A DNA stretch of 64,000 bases from Ascoidea asiatica JCM 7603 (lineage: Eukaryota > Fungi > Ascomycota): contig BCKQ01000009.1 of assembly GCA_001600695.1 (NCBI GenBank), positions 419,225 through 483,224 of the forward strand, written 5' to 3'. The notes under the pieces were generated by a model. It did no database searches, had not been told where the DNA came from, and worked only from the letters and a program-made list of their open reading frames with translations. The translations under genes were made by a program, and so were the position numbers. Below are positions 35,994-47,436 of the stretch, piece by piece; position 1 is the first letter of the stretch, and every line of letters begins with the position of its first letter.

Positions 35994-36929
35994 TCATAAA
36001 TCATCTTGATCTGAGCCACCACCTAATAGTACAATTTCTTCAATACTTATTATAGTTCCATATTTAATTGGCCCAATAAGTGGTTGTTTGATTTTTCCTT
36101 GAAAAAGCATACTATTTATTTCTCCAATTATTTCAAAAATTCTCTTTGCACTTAGATTTTTAAAATATTTTTTCAAAAAATTTTCTGGTAATTTAGATTT
36201 ATTTTGAATTCTATAAATTGAATAAATTAAACAAACTCCACAAATTTCTTCTTTTTTATACAAAACTGCAACTGGTAAATTCATTAAAATATCTAAAACT
36301 TTCTCAAATTCATTTACTATACTTTCTTTAATATTTGAAAGTAATACTTTTTTTACATTTTTATTTCCACTTGTTTTTTCTAATTCTTCAATTTCTTCAT
36401 CAAAACATTCTTTAATATATTCTGTATAATTATCAAATGTAAAATCAAAACATAAAACTTCTAAAGAAATTTCTTCTAAAAGTTTAATTTGATCTTTGTA
36501 TGACCAAACTTCTTTATTAAATTTACTTCCAGCAAGTTTATATTGTCCTGCACTATTAACATTTGCTGCTGCTACTGCAACATTATCTAATCCTCTATGA
36601 TTTTCTTCAGTTTTGGTTGCTAAAAATGTTAATGTTGCAGACATGATATGATAATCATAATTTTGAATACTTTTTATCATATAAAATCTTTGTAACATTA
36701 TACATGCTGCAATAACTGTTTCTTTTTTAAGTTTTAAAAATGCTCCAAGTCTAGTTATGTAATGACAGCCTCTACTACGAATAAAGATCTCTTCTTCAAA
36801 ACTCATTAATTTTTTTTCATTAAATCTACTAGGAGTTCTTGTTTTTAGATCTTCCAATGTAAAAATCCAATCATTTTCAGGTAAATCTATCACTTCAGGC
36901 CATATTTGTTCTTCATTACTTGCTGACAT
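35994..36929 (-). CDS. Transcriptional cyclin (cyclin T/K; Bur2/Ctk2-like)
   Basis: ATG at 36929. WIFTLEDLKTRTPS, LGAFLKL..AACIMLQRFYM, FLATKTEEN and EEISLEVLCFDF form the cyclin box. Confidence 0.88.
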   Translation of the reverse strand: MSASNEEQIWPEVIDLPENDWIFTLEDLKTRTPSRFNEKKLMSFEEEIFIRSRGCHYITRLGAFLKLKKETVIAACIMLQRFYMIKSIQNYDYHIMSATLTFLATKTEENHRGLDNVAVAAANVNSAGQYKLAGSKFNKEVWSYKDQIKLLEEISLEVLCFDFTFDNYTEYIKECFDEEIEELEKTSGNKNVKKVLLSNIKESIVNEFEKVLDILMNLPVAVLYKKEEICGVCLIYSIYRIQNKSKLPENFLKKYFKNLSAKRIFEIIGEINSMLFQGKIKQPLIGPIKYGTIISIEEIVLLGGGSDQDDL

Positions 36930-36932
36930 TTT

Positions 36933-36980
36933 ATTGAATTTTCTTGAATTTTCTTGAATTTTCTTGAATTTTCTTGAATT
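36933..36980. repeat. 10-bp tandem repeat (TTGAATTTTC) x ~4 in the cyclin 5' leader
   Basis: attgaattttcttgaattttcttgaattttcttgaattttcttgaatt. Confidence 0.85.
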
Positions 36981-37509
36981 GTCTGAATTTCTCCAAAGTT
37001 TGACCAATTTTATTATATTCCAATATACTGTTATAAATACAATATAACTTAAAAAGAGTTTATTATTAATCTTTCAATTCTTTTTTCTTCACTCTCAGTC
37101 TCTTTTAAAAATCATTATCATTATTTTGATTATTCATTGAAATAGTTTATTTTAAAAAATTCCAAGAATAAACTTTACTTGTCTTGCCTCTGCTTATTTT
37201 CTCGCATTTCCAGACAGGGTAACAGGCAAACTGATCTCATCCCGCACCTTTTTTCTGCTTCAGCGCTGAAATCCCTGAGATTTTGCAGAAAGAATAATCT
37301 TATTTTATTTTATTTTAGTTTATTTTATATATTTTTAAAAGTATTTAGCTGGATTTTATTATTTTAATTTAAAAAATTTAATTTGTAATTTAATTAGATA
37401 TTGGTTGTAATATTGTTCTGGGTATTGATCTGAATCTGAGTTTGGTTTTCGAATTACAAAGCCCATATATTTTTTCTTATATATTATAATATTCGTTTCT
37501 TTTTATAAA

Positions 37510-39326
37510 AGTATGTAACATATCATTTTTTTATTTTTTTTTCAATATATTTATATAATGAGTACTAACAAATGCTTAAAATCAATTAAGTGGCAGATAA
37601 CAAATTTATTCCTAAGGAACCTAAAAGTTTCAGGCGGAGAGACTATAAAGATGGAGATGGAGATCGAGATGAAAAAAGTCGAGTTTCAATTGACAGAAAT
37701 TCAAAATATCCCAATAATTATCAGAATTCTTATCGAAATAATAGAAGATTTAATCCAAATGAAAGACGAAGAGAAAGGTCACCTTCAAGATCAAGATCTC
37801 CTATGAGAAATGTGGATTTTAGTACAAGGTCAAGGTCATCTCATAATCAATCAAGGGATTATAATAGTAATGGGAAATATTCTTCAAATTTTTCTAGAAA
37901 TTATAAACCACAAAACATACAAAATGATAATTATGTGAATAATAATAACAATAATATAAATAATAATTCTTTTAATGAAAGATCAAATTCATCAATAATG
38001 GATAATTCCAATTTGAATATGAATCAAAATTTTTTCAATTTTAATAAAACTCAATTTCCAGATATTGAAAAAATTAATTCTCTCATTCAGAATAATCAAG
38101 ATAAAAGTCAACTAACTATTGATGAAAATTGTATTTTATTACCAAAGAATTCAATAGATTCAAAAAGACTAATAGTTAAAACAAACTTAAAAGATATGAA
38201 TGATGATATAATAAAGTTAATATGTCAATATATTGAAAATTTTTTTGAAAATATTTCAGAAATTTCTCTTGATAAAAATAATCAAGAAAAAATTATTTTT
38301 TCAAAGTCTCAAATTAAAGATATTTTAATTGTTGAGTTTAAAAGCTCTTTGATAACTACAACTGTAGCTTCCTTAAATGGAAATTATATAACAAGTGATG
38401 AATCAATAAAATTGATTATTACAAGGCCGCAAACTTATATAATTCCAAAGTATCCATCTTCAACTCTCAATAACGCCACCACCACCAACAACAACAACAA
38501 CAACACTAATGGCAGCATTAATAATACTAGCAACAACGGCAATAATACTAAAATAAAATTGAATTTAAATGATGATATAACTAAAAAATTATCAGTTGTT
38601 CCAGATTGTTCTGAAAAATTGTCAATTACAAACATTCCAGATTTTATCACCGAAAATGAATTAATGGAAATAATATCGGAAATTGGAAAAATAAGAGATT
38701 TTGTTTTAATTAAACCAGTGAATCAAGATATCAAAAAACATAAAGGTGTTGCATTTGTTATTTTTGATGATTTTTTAAAAACTCATGATTATATAAAAAA
38801 ATTAAATTCAAAAACTTTAGATCAAAAAGAAAACAAATTGAATGTTTTTAAATCATGTTCTGGATATCATCAAGATATTGATATGAATTATTTCAATTTA
38901 TTAAAATGTGTTAATGGAAATATATTACCAAGAAGTTTAAATTCAAGAATTTTATTAATTTTAAATGCTTTTAGTTTTAATGTATTAGTTAATAAATCAG
39001 GAGAAGATTATTTTGAAACTAATTCTAATGTAAATAATGATTTAACTTTGGATATTAAATCCAAGATAAAAACAATTGAAGAAGATTTTTCAAAAGAATG
39101 TTCAAAAATTGGAAAAGTTCTAAGTATTAAAATTCCATTGCCAAAAGATTTAAAGTCACTAAAAAATAATATTGAAAAGATTAGTGTTGGAAAAATATAT
39201 GTTGAATTTGAAAATTTAGATGATTGTTTACAGGCTAGTAGATTTTTTGTCGGTAAAAGATATTTGGATAGAATATTACTAACAAGTTTTTTCAATGAAG
39301 AAGCTTTTAATTTGAATTTATATTAA
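37510..39326 (+). CDS. MUD2: U2AF large subunit/Mud2 splicing factor; CDS join(37510,37591..39326)
   Basis: RS-like N-terminus (RRRERSPSRSRSP), DSKRLIV and ITRPQTYI (RRM1), KLSITNIP..KGVAF (RRM2), and a UHM with ECSKIGKVLSIKIP..VGKIYVEF. The ATG is formed by splicing. Confidence 0.85.
37511..37590 (+). other. 80-nt spliceosomal intron interrupting the MUD2 start codon
   Basis: 5' splice site GTATGT at 37511, branch point TACTAAC at 37563-37569, 3' splice site AAG at 37588-37590. The junction reads ATAAA-A|TG GCA GAT AAC, in frame with the ORF. Confidence 0.85.
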
Positions 39327-40542
39327 TAAAATTACAAAATAATATAATAAAAAAAATATACAGTATACTAATAAAATAGTCATAATATCAATACGATAAT
39401 AATATTTACTAAATAGGAATTTTTCATTTTTTTTTTTTATTTCCAGAAATTTCCTAGCACCACATGTGATCAAACAGATTAGATAAAGGTTTGTTTTGTG
39501 CTTGTTTTGGATTTGTCTTCAATTTGAAATTTGAAAATTGGAATTTTCAATAAATTGAGACAATCAAAATTTGTAAAGTCGTATAAATATAAATTGAATT
39601 GATTTGAATTAAAGAATGAAAGATTTGTAATCGTAGTCTTTAAAGGGTAGTTCTTGTAAAATTTAATTAGACAAAAAAAAAATTAATTTCATAAGAAGAA
39701 ATAGGTTTATAAAGTTATAAAACTTACAAATTTGTTTAAACAGAAATGAGAACCAAATTTGGGAGACACCTGCGTAAGCAGATAACATGAGCTGAAAAAT
39801 ACTAAATAAGCTGTAAAACTCGGGGCTTTACAGTTTTACTATCTCCAGATTGATGCAACCTACAACCTACTCTCAATAACTCGAATGGAGTACAATATTT
39901 GAATAATTGGGATAATCTGTAAGACATCTAGAGTTATATGGGTGAGATATGAGAAAAAGTAAGCATATTGTAGTCAGAAAGTATGAGAAGAATACTTAAA
40001 TAAAAGCATACACGCTCCAAAGTGATTGGAGAAATAGTACTAAAATCTGATAAAGATTAACCTAACAATAAATTCACTTTTCTGTGTATCCGTGGCTATA
40101 CATCGGGAATCAGCACTTAGAGACTACGGTACAGGCCTGCGGGTAAAATCCGGAAGTGGAGCTTTATGTGGTGTGCGTTTCTGTGATTGGGAGAAGAAAG
40201 TCTCAAAAAACCCAAAAGGAGTATTTCGACTTCCGGTTTAAACAGTTTTCCGCAGTGTCCCGCTGGAAAAAATTACTGGAGCTATGTTTGCTTATTATTC
40301 CTCTGGACTGGATATAAAAACAGGCTCAATTCTCTGCCCTTTATTCAATTTCTGAAATATATTTTAAAATTTTGGCTTATTTAGTTGATTAAATCCTTTT
40401 AATATTTAATTGATCAATCTTGGTTAATTATAATTCATTTGGATATATTGTATTTTCTCATTATTGGTGTGTTATTTGCTTTCTTTCTAGCTATTTTGAA
40501 TAATTTTGCTTTGTTTTCAATTAATTTCACTTATCTTCAAAG

Positions 40543-43500
40543 ATGAGCTTGAATTCAATATCAAATAATGATATATTCCTAAACTCAATGAAAGTATTCA
40601 GTAATACTTCTTCTTTACTCGATTGTCAAATATGGGATAAAGATGATTTTTCAAATTGTGGTAGATATTATTACATAAATAATTTACCAATTTTCTTTTC
40701 TTTGATATTAATTTTAATTTATAATTTTTATTATTTATTCAATTATATCCATTCTTCATTTTCACTTAATAATACTCAAGATAAATCGAATAATGATGAA
40801 AGTAATGAGCCTTTATTATCAAATTCTTCAACAACTCCTTCAAATCAATTAAGTCAATCTAATTATGGTTCAATTTCAAATTCAAATTCAAATAATTTAG
40901 ATTCCGCTTTAATCAAAAAAAAACATTTTGATATTGCAATGTTTGAATTCACAACTGTTGATAACAAAGTTCATGGTAATTATATCAAAATTTATAGAAC
41001 TCCATTTGAAAATTGTTTATTATTTCTAGAATTATCATTACTTTTAATCAATTTTTTCATCCTAAATTTCTCTTATTTCGTTTTCAATAATGTTCATTCA
41101 AATAAAGTTCCAATAGATTTATTAACTTTATTAACTTGGGATTATTTATTCATAATTACTTCTTACAGGTTTTATAATCTATTTTTAACAAAATCAAAAT
41201 TCAATGATTCAAGTTCAAATCCAAACTCAAATACAAAATTTTATAATGTATGGTTACAATTATCCTCTATTTATTTCATATTATTTATTCCATCCTTATT
41301 CAACCTGAGATCTATATTCATTGGAAAATTCACTAATAATTCTCAATATTTTTATTATATCTATAATGTTATATTAGTCTTAATTTTATTTTTCATAAAT
41401 TGGAATGATAGTATTGGTAATAATAAATTTAATTCAATTTATAAACCCAATTTTAATGATGCATTAAGCCCATCACCAGAACCAGTTATTTCTTTATTTA
41501 GCTTTATGTTTTTTTCATTTTTAGATCCAATGATTAAATTAGCTAAAGATAAAAATCATAAATTTTCTTTAAATGATATTTGGTCTTTAAGAAATGATGA
41601 TTTTTCATATTTAACTTTAACTAAATTTTATAATTATGAGTTGAGTTTGAATTTAAAATATAAAATTAATGATATAACAACAAATATTAATGAAAAGAAA
41701 AAAAAAATCTCTTTTGCTTATAAATTATTATCATATTTTTTATTTCCTTTCTTTCTACAAGGTATTTATGTTGCAATTTATTCTTTTGGTATTTTTGTTC
41801 CAAGTATTCTATTAAAACATTTATTAGAATATATTGATAATCCAAATTCAATTTCTGTTAGTCTTGCATGGTTTTATGTACTTTTAATGTTTTCAGTTGG
41901 AATTTTGAATTCTTTAATTTATGCTCAAGCTTTATTTATAGGTAGAAGAGTTTGTTTAAGAATGAGATCAATTATTATTGGTTTAGTTTATTCAAAAGCT
42001 TTAAGAAGAAAAATGTCAAAAGATGTTGATGATGATGAAGAAGATGATGAAAATTCCAAAACCCATTCAAGTGAATCTGATAATACAAGTATTTCTTCAA
42101 AAGATAAAAATATTGATAAAGTTAAAATTAATGTTGAAGATGCAGATGAAGATGAAGCTAAGAAATTAGAAGCAAAACAACAGAAAAAACTTGGTGGTAT
42201 CATAAATTTAATGGCTGTTGATGCATTCCAAGTTTCTGAACTTTGTGGTTATTTATTTACTTTTGTAACTGCTATTATAATGTCAATAACTGCAATGTAC
42301 CTTTTATTAGATTTATTAGGATGGTCTGCTTTACTTGGTTCTTTAGCTCTAGTTTTATCAATTCCTTTAAATTATTATTTTTCAATAAAAGTTGGTGATT
42401 TACAAAAAAAAATTCTTTTAATTTCCGATGATAGAATTGCAAAATTAAATGAATTATTCCAAAATATTAGAATTGTTAAATTTTTTTCTTGGGAAGATAA
42501 GTTTTTTAAAACTATAATGAAAGTTAGAAATCTTGAATTAAAAACAATTAAAGAACAAATTATTGTAAGTTTTATTATGGAGTTTGTTTCTTATATTACT
42601 CCATCAGTTGTAACTTTACTTAGTTTTTATTTTTATATTTATTTTCAACATAAGCCTTTAACAGCTCCAGTTGCTTTCACTGCTCTTTCTTTTTTTAATC
42701 TTTTAAGATTACCTTTAGAAGATATTGCTTGGATGTTTGCAACCGTTAGAAGATCTAAAACCTCTTTAGATCGTATACAAGATTTCCTTGATGAACCTGA
42801 AACAACAAAATATGATCAATTAACCTCAGAAAGAGATTCAAATTCACCTTTTATTGGATTTCAAAATGCTTCATTTTCTTGGAATAGTTCCCATGATTCA
42901 AGTAATTCAAATATTGCTAATAAAGGTCATACTGATTTCAAATTGAGAGATTTAAACATTTCATTTGTTCCCGAGAAATTAAATGTCATTATTGGTCCAA
43001 CTGGTTCAGGAAAAACTTCTACATTATTAGCTTTATTAGGTGAAATGAACAAATTCGATGGTAAAGTTTTTTTACCTGGGTTTTTACCGAGAGATGAAAT
43101 TCCAGTTCATCCAATTACAAAATTGGCTGAAACTGTTGCCTACTGTTCTCAAACCGCTTGGTTATTGAATGGCTCAATTAGAGAAAATATTATTTTCGAT
43201 TCTCAATTTGATGAAAAAAGATATAAAAAGGTTATTGAAGTTTGTGGACTTGAAAGAGACTTGGAAATTTTAGAAGCAGGAGATGAAACTGAAATTGGTG
43301 AAAAAGGTGTCATTTTATCAGGTGGTCAGAAACAAAGAGTTTCTTTAGCAAGGGCTGTGTATTCCTCATCTAAATATCTTCTTCTTGATGATTGTTTAAG
43401 TGCGGTTGACTCTCATACTGCCTTATGGATTTACGACAATTGTATTAGTGGTCCAATAATGACTAATAGAACTGTTCTTTTAGTTTCTCATAATATTGCT

Positions 43501-45804
43501 TTAACTGTTAAAAACGCTGCACATGTTGTTGTATTGGATAATGGAAGAGTCAAATCTCAAGGAACACCTGAAAAATTACTTTTGGAAGGTAATTTAGGTG
43601 ATGATCAACTTGTCAAATCGTCAATAATGAACTCAGCTTCTTCTTCCGTTGTCAATCTTGATAAATTACAAAATGGTAATCCTTCTAAATTACTGAAAGT
43701 CTTAAGTAAAAAATTAACAGAAGTTCAAGTTGAAGAAGAACTAGAAGATGATGCCGAAAGGTTGAAAAAAAAGGCAAAAGGAAAATTAGTTCAAGAAGAA
43801 ACCAAAAGTGATGGAAGTGTTAGCCTTGATGTGTATAGTTTTTACATAAAAACCTTTGGCCCATGGAGTTATTGGGCTCTCATTGTTGCTTTTTTTGTTG
43901 GAGCTCAATTGATTTTAATAAGTCAATCTTGGTGGTTGAGAGTATGGACAAAACATAGTAACGAAATGACTACTCTTTCTGAAAATTTAGGTGAACATAT
44001 TTTCATTCCATATACTTCTTTTATCTCTTCTGATAATGCTTTTATCTCTAAAGTTTCTACAGTTGCTACCTTTTTCAAAAATAGTCTTCAAGAAGCAAAG
44101 GTTCAAAATACTCATGATCCAATGTATTATATTGCCATTTATGGTTTAATTGGTTTACTTTTTGCTTTTGCCGGTATGATTAAAAATTGTCTTTTATTTT
44201 TTGGTGCTTTAAAAACTTCAAATAAAATATTTGCAAAAGTTTTAAATAATGTAATGAGAGCAAAATTAAGATTTTTTGATACTACACCAATTGGACGTAT
44301 TATGAATAGATTTTCAAAAGATTTTGAGTCTGTTGATAATGAGTTAGCCCCATATTTTAGAGGTACTTTCAATTGTATTATTATTGGTGTTTGTACATTA
44401 TTGTTAATTATTGGTATAACTCCTATGTTTTTCATTTTTGCAATTTTCATAATGTTAATGTTTTGTGTTGTAGGAGATTATTATTTGGCTTTATCCAGAG
44501 ATTTAAAGAGATATGAATCAATTTCAAAGAGTCCAATACATCAACATTTTACTGAAACTTTAACAGGTGTCATAACTATTAGAGCATATGGAGCAGAACA
44601 TAGATTTATGAAACAAAATCTTCATAAAATAGATGAAAGTAATAGACCATTTTTTTATTTATGGGTTGCAAATAGATGGTTATGTTGTAGAATTGATATT
44701 TTAGGATCATTTGTTACATTATTTGCAGGATCATTTGTATTATTTAATGTTGATTCATTAGATTCAGGATTAGCAGGAATTTCATTATCGTATGCTATTT
44801 CATTTACAGAATCAGCTCTTTGGTTAGTTAGATTATATGCAATGCTTGAAATGATGATGAATTCAGTTGAAAGATTACAAGAATATTTAAATGTTGAACA
44901 AGAACCACCTGAAACAGTTTCTTCAGAAATGGAAGCACCAGATAATTGGCCAACTGAAGGTAAAATTGAAATTGAGAATTTATCACTTAGATATGCACCA
45001 GATTTACCAAAAGTTATTAAAAATGTTACATTTACAGTTGAACCAAGAGCTAAAGTTGGAATTGTTGGTAGAACAGGAGCAGGTAAATCAACTATTATTA
45101 CTGCTCTTTTTAGATTTATTGATCCAGAAACAGGAAGTATTATAATAGATGGATATGATATTACAAATATTGGATTAAAAAAATTAAGACAAGGTATAAC
45201 TATAATTCCTCAAGATCCTACATTATTTACAGGTACTATAAAAAGTAATTTAGATCCATTTGATCAATATTCAGATAATGAAATGTATGAAGCATTAATT
45301 AGAGTTAATTTATTGAGTAGAGAAGAATTAAATAATATAAATAATTCTATTGAAAATACTAGTGAAAATAGTAATATAAGTAATGAAGAAAATCAGAATA
45401 AATTTTTAAATTTAAATAATGAAGTTGAAGAAGGAGGTAAAAATTTATCTCAAGGTCAAAGACAATTAATATGTTTAGCTAGATCAATATTAAGAACTCC
45501 AAAGATTATGTTATTAGATGAAGCAACAGCATCAATTGATTATAAATCGGATCATAAAATTCAAGAAACTATAAGAAATGAATTTGGTAAAAGTACAGTT
45601 TTAACAATTGCACATAGATTAAGATCAATTATTGATTATGATAAAATTTTAGTTATGGATGCAGGAGAAGTAGTTGAATATGATCAACCATATAATTTAT
45701 TAAAAAAAGAAGATAGTATATTTTATAGTATGTGTTTAAAAAGTGGAGAATTAGATTTATTAATTAATTTAGCTAAAGAAGCTTATAATAAAGCTAAGAA
45801 TTAA
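40543..45804 (+). CDS. YBT1: ABCC/MRP-type vacuolar ABC transporter (Ybt1/Vmr1-like)
   Basis: N-terminal TM extension and two TMD-NBD halves: GPTGSGKT, LSGGQKQR, LLDDCLSAVDSHT; GRTGAGKS, LSQGQRQL, LDEATASID. The paralogue assignment is tentative. Confidence 0.9.
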   Translation: MSLNSISNNDIFLNSMKVFSNTSSLLDCQIWDKDDFSNCGRYYYINNLPIFFSLILILIYNFYYLFNYIHSSFSLNNTQDKSNNDESNEPLLSNSSTTPSNQLSQSNYGSISNSNSNNLDSALIKKKHFDIAMFEFTTVDNKVHGNYIKIYRTPFENCLLFLELSLLLINFFILNFSYFVFNNVHSNKVPIDLLTLLTWDYLFIITSYRFYNLFLTKSKFNDSSSNPNSNTKFYNVWLQLSSIYFILFIPSLFNLRSIFIGKFTNNSQYFYYIYNVILVLILFFINWNDSIGNNKFNSIYKPNFNDALSPSPEPVISLFSFMFFSFLDPMIKLAKDKNHKFSLNDIWSLRNDDFSYLTLTKFYNYELSLNLKYKINDITTNINEKKKKISFAYKLLSYFLFPFFLQGIYVAIYSFGIFVPSILLKHLLEYIDNPNSISVSLAWFYVLLMFSVGILNSLIYAQALFIGRRVCLRMRSIIIGLVYSKALRRKMSKDVDDDEEDDENSKTHSSESDNTSISSKDKNIDKVKINVEDADEDEAKKLEAKQQKKLGGIINLMAVDAFQVSELCGYLFTFVTAIIMSITAMYLLLDLLGWSALLGSLALVLSIPLNYYFSIKVGDLQKKILLISDDRIAKLNELFQNIRIVKFFSWEDKFFKTIMKVRNLELKTIKEQIIVSFIMEFVSYITPSVVTLLSFYFYIYFQHKPLTAPVAFTALSFFNLLRLPLEDIAWMFATVRRSKTSLDRIQDFLDEPETTKYDQLTSERDSNSPFIGFQNASFSWNSSHDSSNSNIANKGHTDFKLRDLNISFVPEKLNVIIGPTGSGKTSTLLALLGEMNKFDGKVFLPGFLPRDEIPVHPITKLAETVAYCSQTAWLLNGSIRENIIFDSQFDEKRYKKVIEVCGLERDLEILEAGDETEIGEKGVILSGGQKQRVSLARAVYSSSKYLLLDDCLSAVDSHTALWIYDNCISGPIMTNRTVLLVSHNIALTVKNAAHVVVLDNGRVKSQGTPEKLLLEGNLGDDQLVKSSIMNSASSSVVNLDKLQNGNPSKLLKVLSKKLTEVQVEEELEDDAERLKKKAKGKLVQEETKSDGSVSLDVYSFYIKTFGPWSYWALIVAFFVGAQLILISQSWWLRVWTKHSNEMTTLSENLGEHIFIPYTSFISSDNAFISKVSTVATFFKNSLQEAKVQNTHDPMYYIAIYGLIGLLFAFAGMIKNCLLFFGALKTSNKIFAKVLNNVMRAKLRFFDTTPIGRIMNRFSKDFESVDNELAPYFRGTFNCIIIGVCTLLLIIGITPMFFIFAIFIMLMFCVVGDYYLALSRDLKRYESISKSPIHQHFTETLTGVITIRAYGAEHRFMKQNLHKIDESNRPFFYLWVANRWLCCRIDILGSFVTLFAGSFVLFNVDSLDSGLAGISLSYAISFTESALWLVRLYAMLEMMMNSVERLQEYLNVEQEPPETVSSEMEAPDNWPTEGKIEIENLSLRYAPDLPKVIKNVTFTVEPRAKVGIVGRTGAGKSTIITALFRFIDPETGSIIIDGYDITNIGLKKLRQGITIIPQDPTLFTGTIKSNLDPFDQYSDNEMYEALIRVNLLSREELNNINNSIENTSENSNISNEENQNKFLNLNNEVEEGGKNLSQGQRQLICLARSILRTPKIMLLDEATASIDYKSDHKIQETIRNEFGKSTVLTIAHRLRSIIDYDKILVMDAGEVVEYDQPYNLLKKEDSIFYSMCLKSGELDLLINLAKEAYNKAKN

Positions 45805-45820
45805 AAAAAAATTTATAAGA

Positions 45821-45882
45821 AAAAAATTACCAAAAAATTACCAAAAAATTACCAAAAAATTACCAAAAAATTACCAAAAAAT
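45821..45882. repeat. 11-bp tandem repeat (AAAAAATTACC) x5 just after the ABC transporter stop
   Basis: aaaaaattacc repeated five times, then aaaaaattat. Confidence 0.9.
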
Positions 45883-46228
45883 TATAAAAGAAATTCTAAT
45901 AAAAAATTAAAGTAAAGCCTAAATGTGATATAATTTAATTTTTTTCTTCTGTTTATAAGTATTTTCTCCGAAATGCAATTTGTTTTTATATATAAATATA
46001 TTTACTGTGGCTGTTTTTTTTTTTTTAAATTTTTTTAAATTTTTTCATATATATATAGATATATATACTGTATATATATTTTTTTTCATTTATTTTTATT
46101 ATTTTTTCTATTCATCCTCATTATCATTTTAATTCATTGATATTCCATAATTTTTGGAATGTTAAATAATGATTATAATTATTTTTATTATATAGTTTCA
46201 AATTCAATAATATCTATTCATTTTTACA

Positions 46229-46333
46229 TTAAGAATAATGATTATCTCTTAAATCTTTTAGATTTCTAGTTGATTCATATTCTGGAACTGCATTATCTTT
46301 ACTTAACTCCATAGTTGAATCCAATTCAATTTG

Positions 46334-46366
<33 letters not shown>

Positions 46367-46732
46367 GTTGTTATTATTATTATAATTTTGATAATTAATT
46401 AAATCATTATCATTAATTGGAGGTAAATTTGATTGAATTTGAGTTCCAGAATTTTGTTCATTTAAAATAAATGCAAATATTGAAATTTTAAAAATCATAT
46501 AAACATATGATATTCTTTTATCTAAAATTTCTAAATTTTTTGATAATTTTAAAAAACTTTCACTATTTATTTTTTTTAATAATAAATCAATTTGTTTTAA
46601 ATTATTTAATAAAATTTTATATTCTGAAATTATATGTCTTTTTAATTGAGTTTTTGAAATTGAATTTAAATTATTTGAAATTGATAAATCAGAATCATCT
46701 TCAATTATTTTGGAATTTGAATCTGAATTCAT
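46229..46732 (-). CDS. DAD3: DASH/Dam1 complex subunit Dad3-like
   Basis: QLKRHIISEYKILLNNLKQI...NLEILDKRISYVYMIFKISIFAFILNEQ aligns with the Dad3 pattern LExxVLxEYxxLxxNMxxL...LRxLExKxxLVxTLLKASVYSIxLQ. Confidence 0.75.
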
Positions 46733-47436
46733 ATTTATATATTACTTGATATCTGGTTCTAATTATTATTATACTTATTAAAGATATAAATGTTTAATAT
46801 TTCAATATTAATCAAGTTACTTTCAAATTACTTTCTTATATCTAATAAATAAATAAATCAAAAAGTAAACACATGCGGATATGATTGCGGTTTCAAAATC
46901 TTAATCCATCCATGCCTCGGAAGTAAACTAATCCGTATTTTATAATCAGCCACGTTTATTAATTGCACTGCCACATCTTAAAATTCAACCAGCCACAACA
47001 CCCGTGCAGAACCTTAATTTCAAAAGCGCGCTAAAGCACCGGCACCGCGCTGGTCCAGATGAAATTGGAAAGCTCAGAAAAAGTCCAAGGAAAAATCCAA
47101 GGAAAATAAGCCATTTTGGGGAGTTACGTAAGCCAGCACAGAGCAGAAGCAGCACTGTGGGCAAAGAGTAAACAAACTCAAATAATACCATGGTGAAGAG
47201 TAGTGCAAATTGCTCATTTAATAAGGATTCATTTGAAATTAGGAATTGTAACTGAAACAGAATCAGAATCAGCAACAAAAATAAATTTATAATTGAAGAT
47301 AATATTCAATTCAATTGAAATCATTGAAAATTTTATTTAAAGCTTTATTATAATTAACTATTCCTTTTAATATATTATACTGAATTTTAACAAGATTGTA
47401 ATTGAAGGTTATTAATTATTTGGTTTGAAAAAAAAA

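Noticed and set aside
45821-45882. Short direct-repeat arrays as possible CRISPR or telomeric repeats
   Set aside because: Head-to-tail units without spacers, a eukaryotic context with no cas genes, and only five internal copies.
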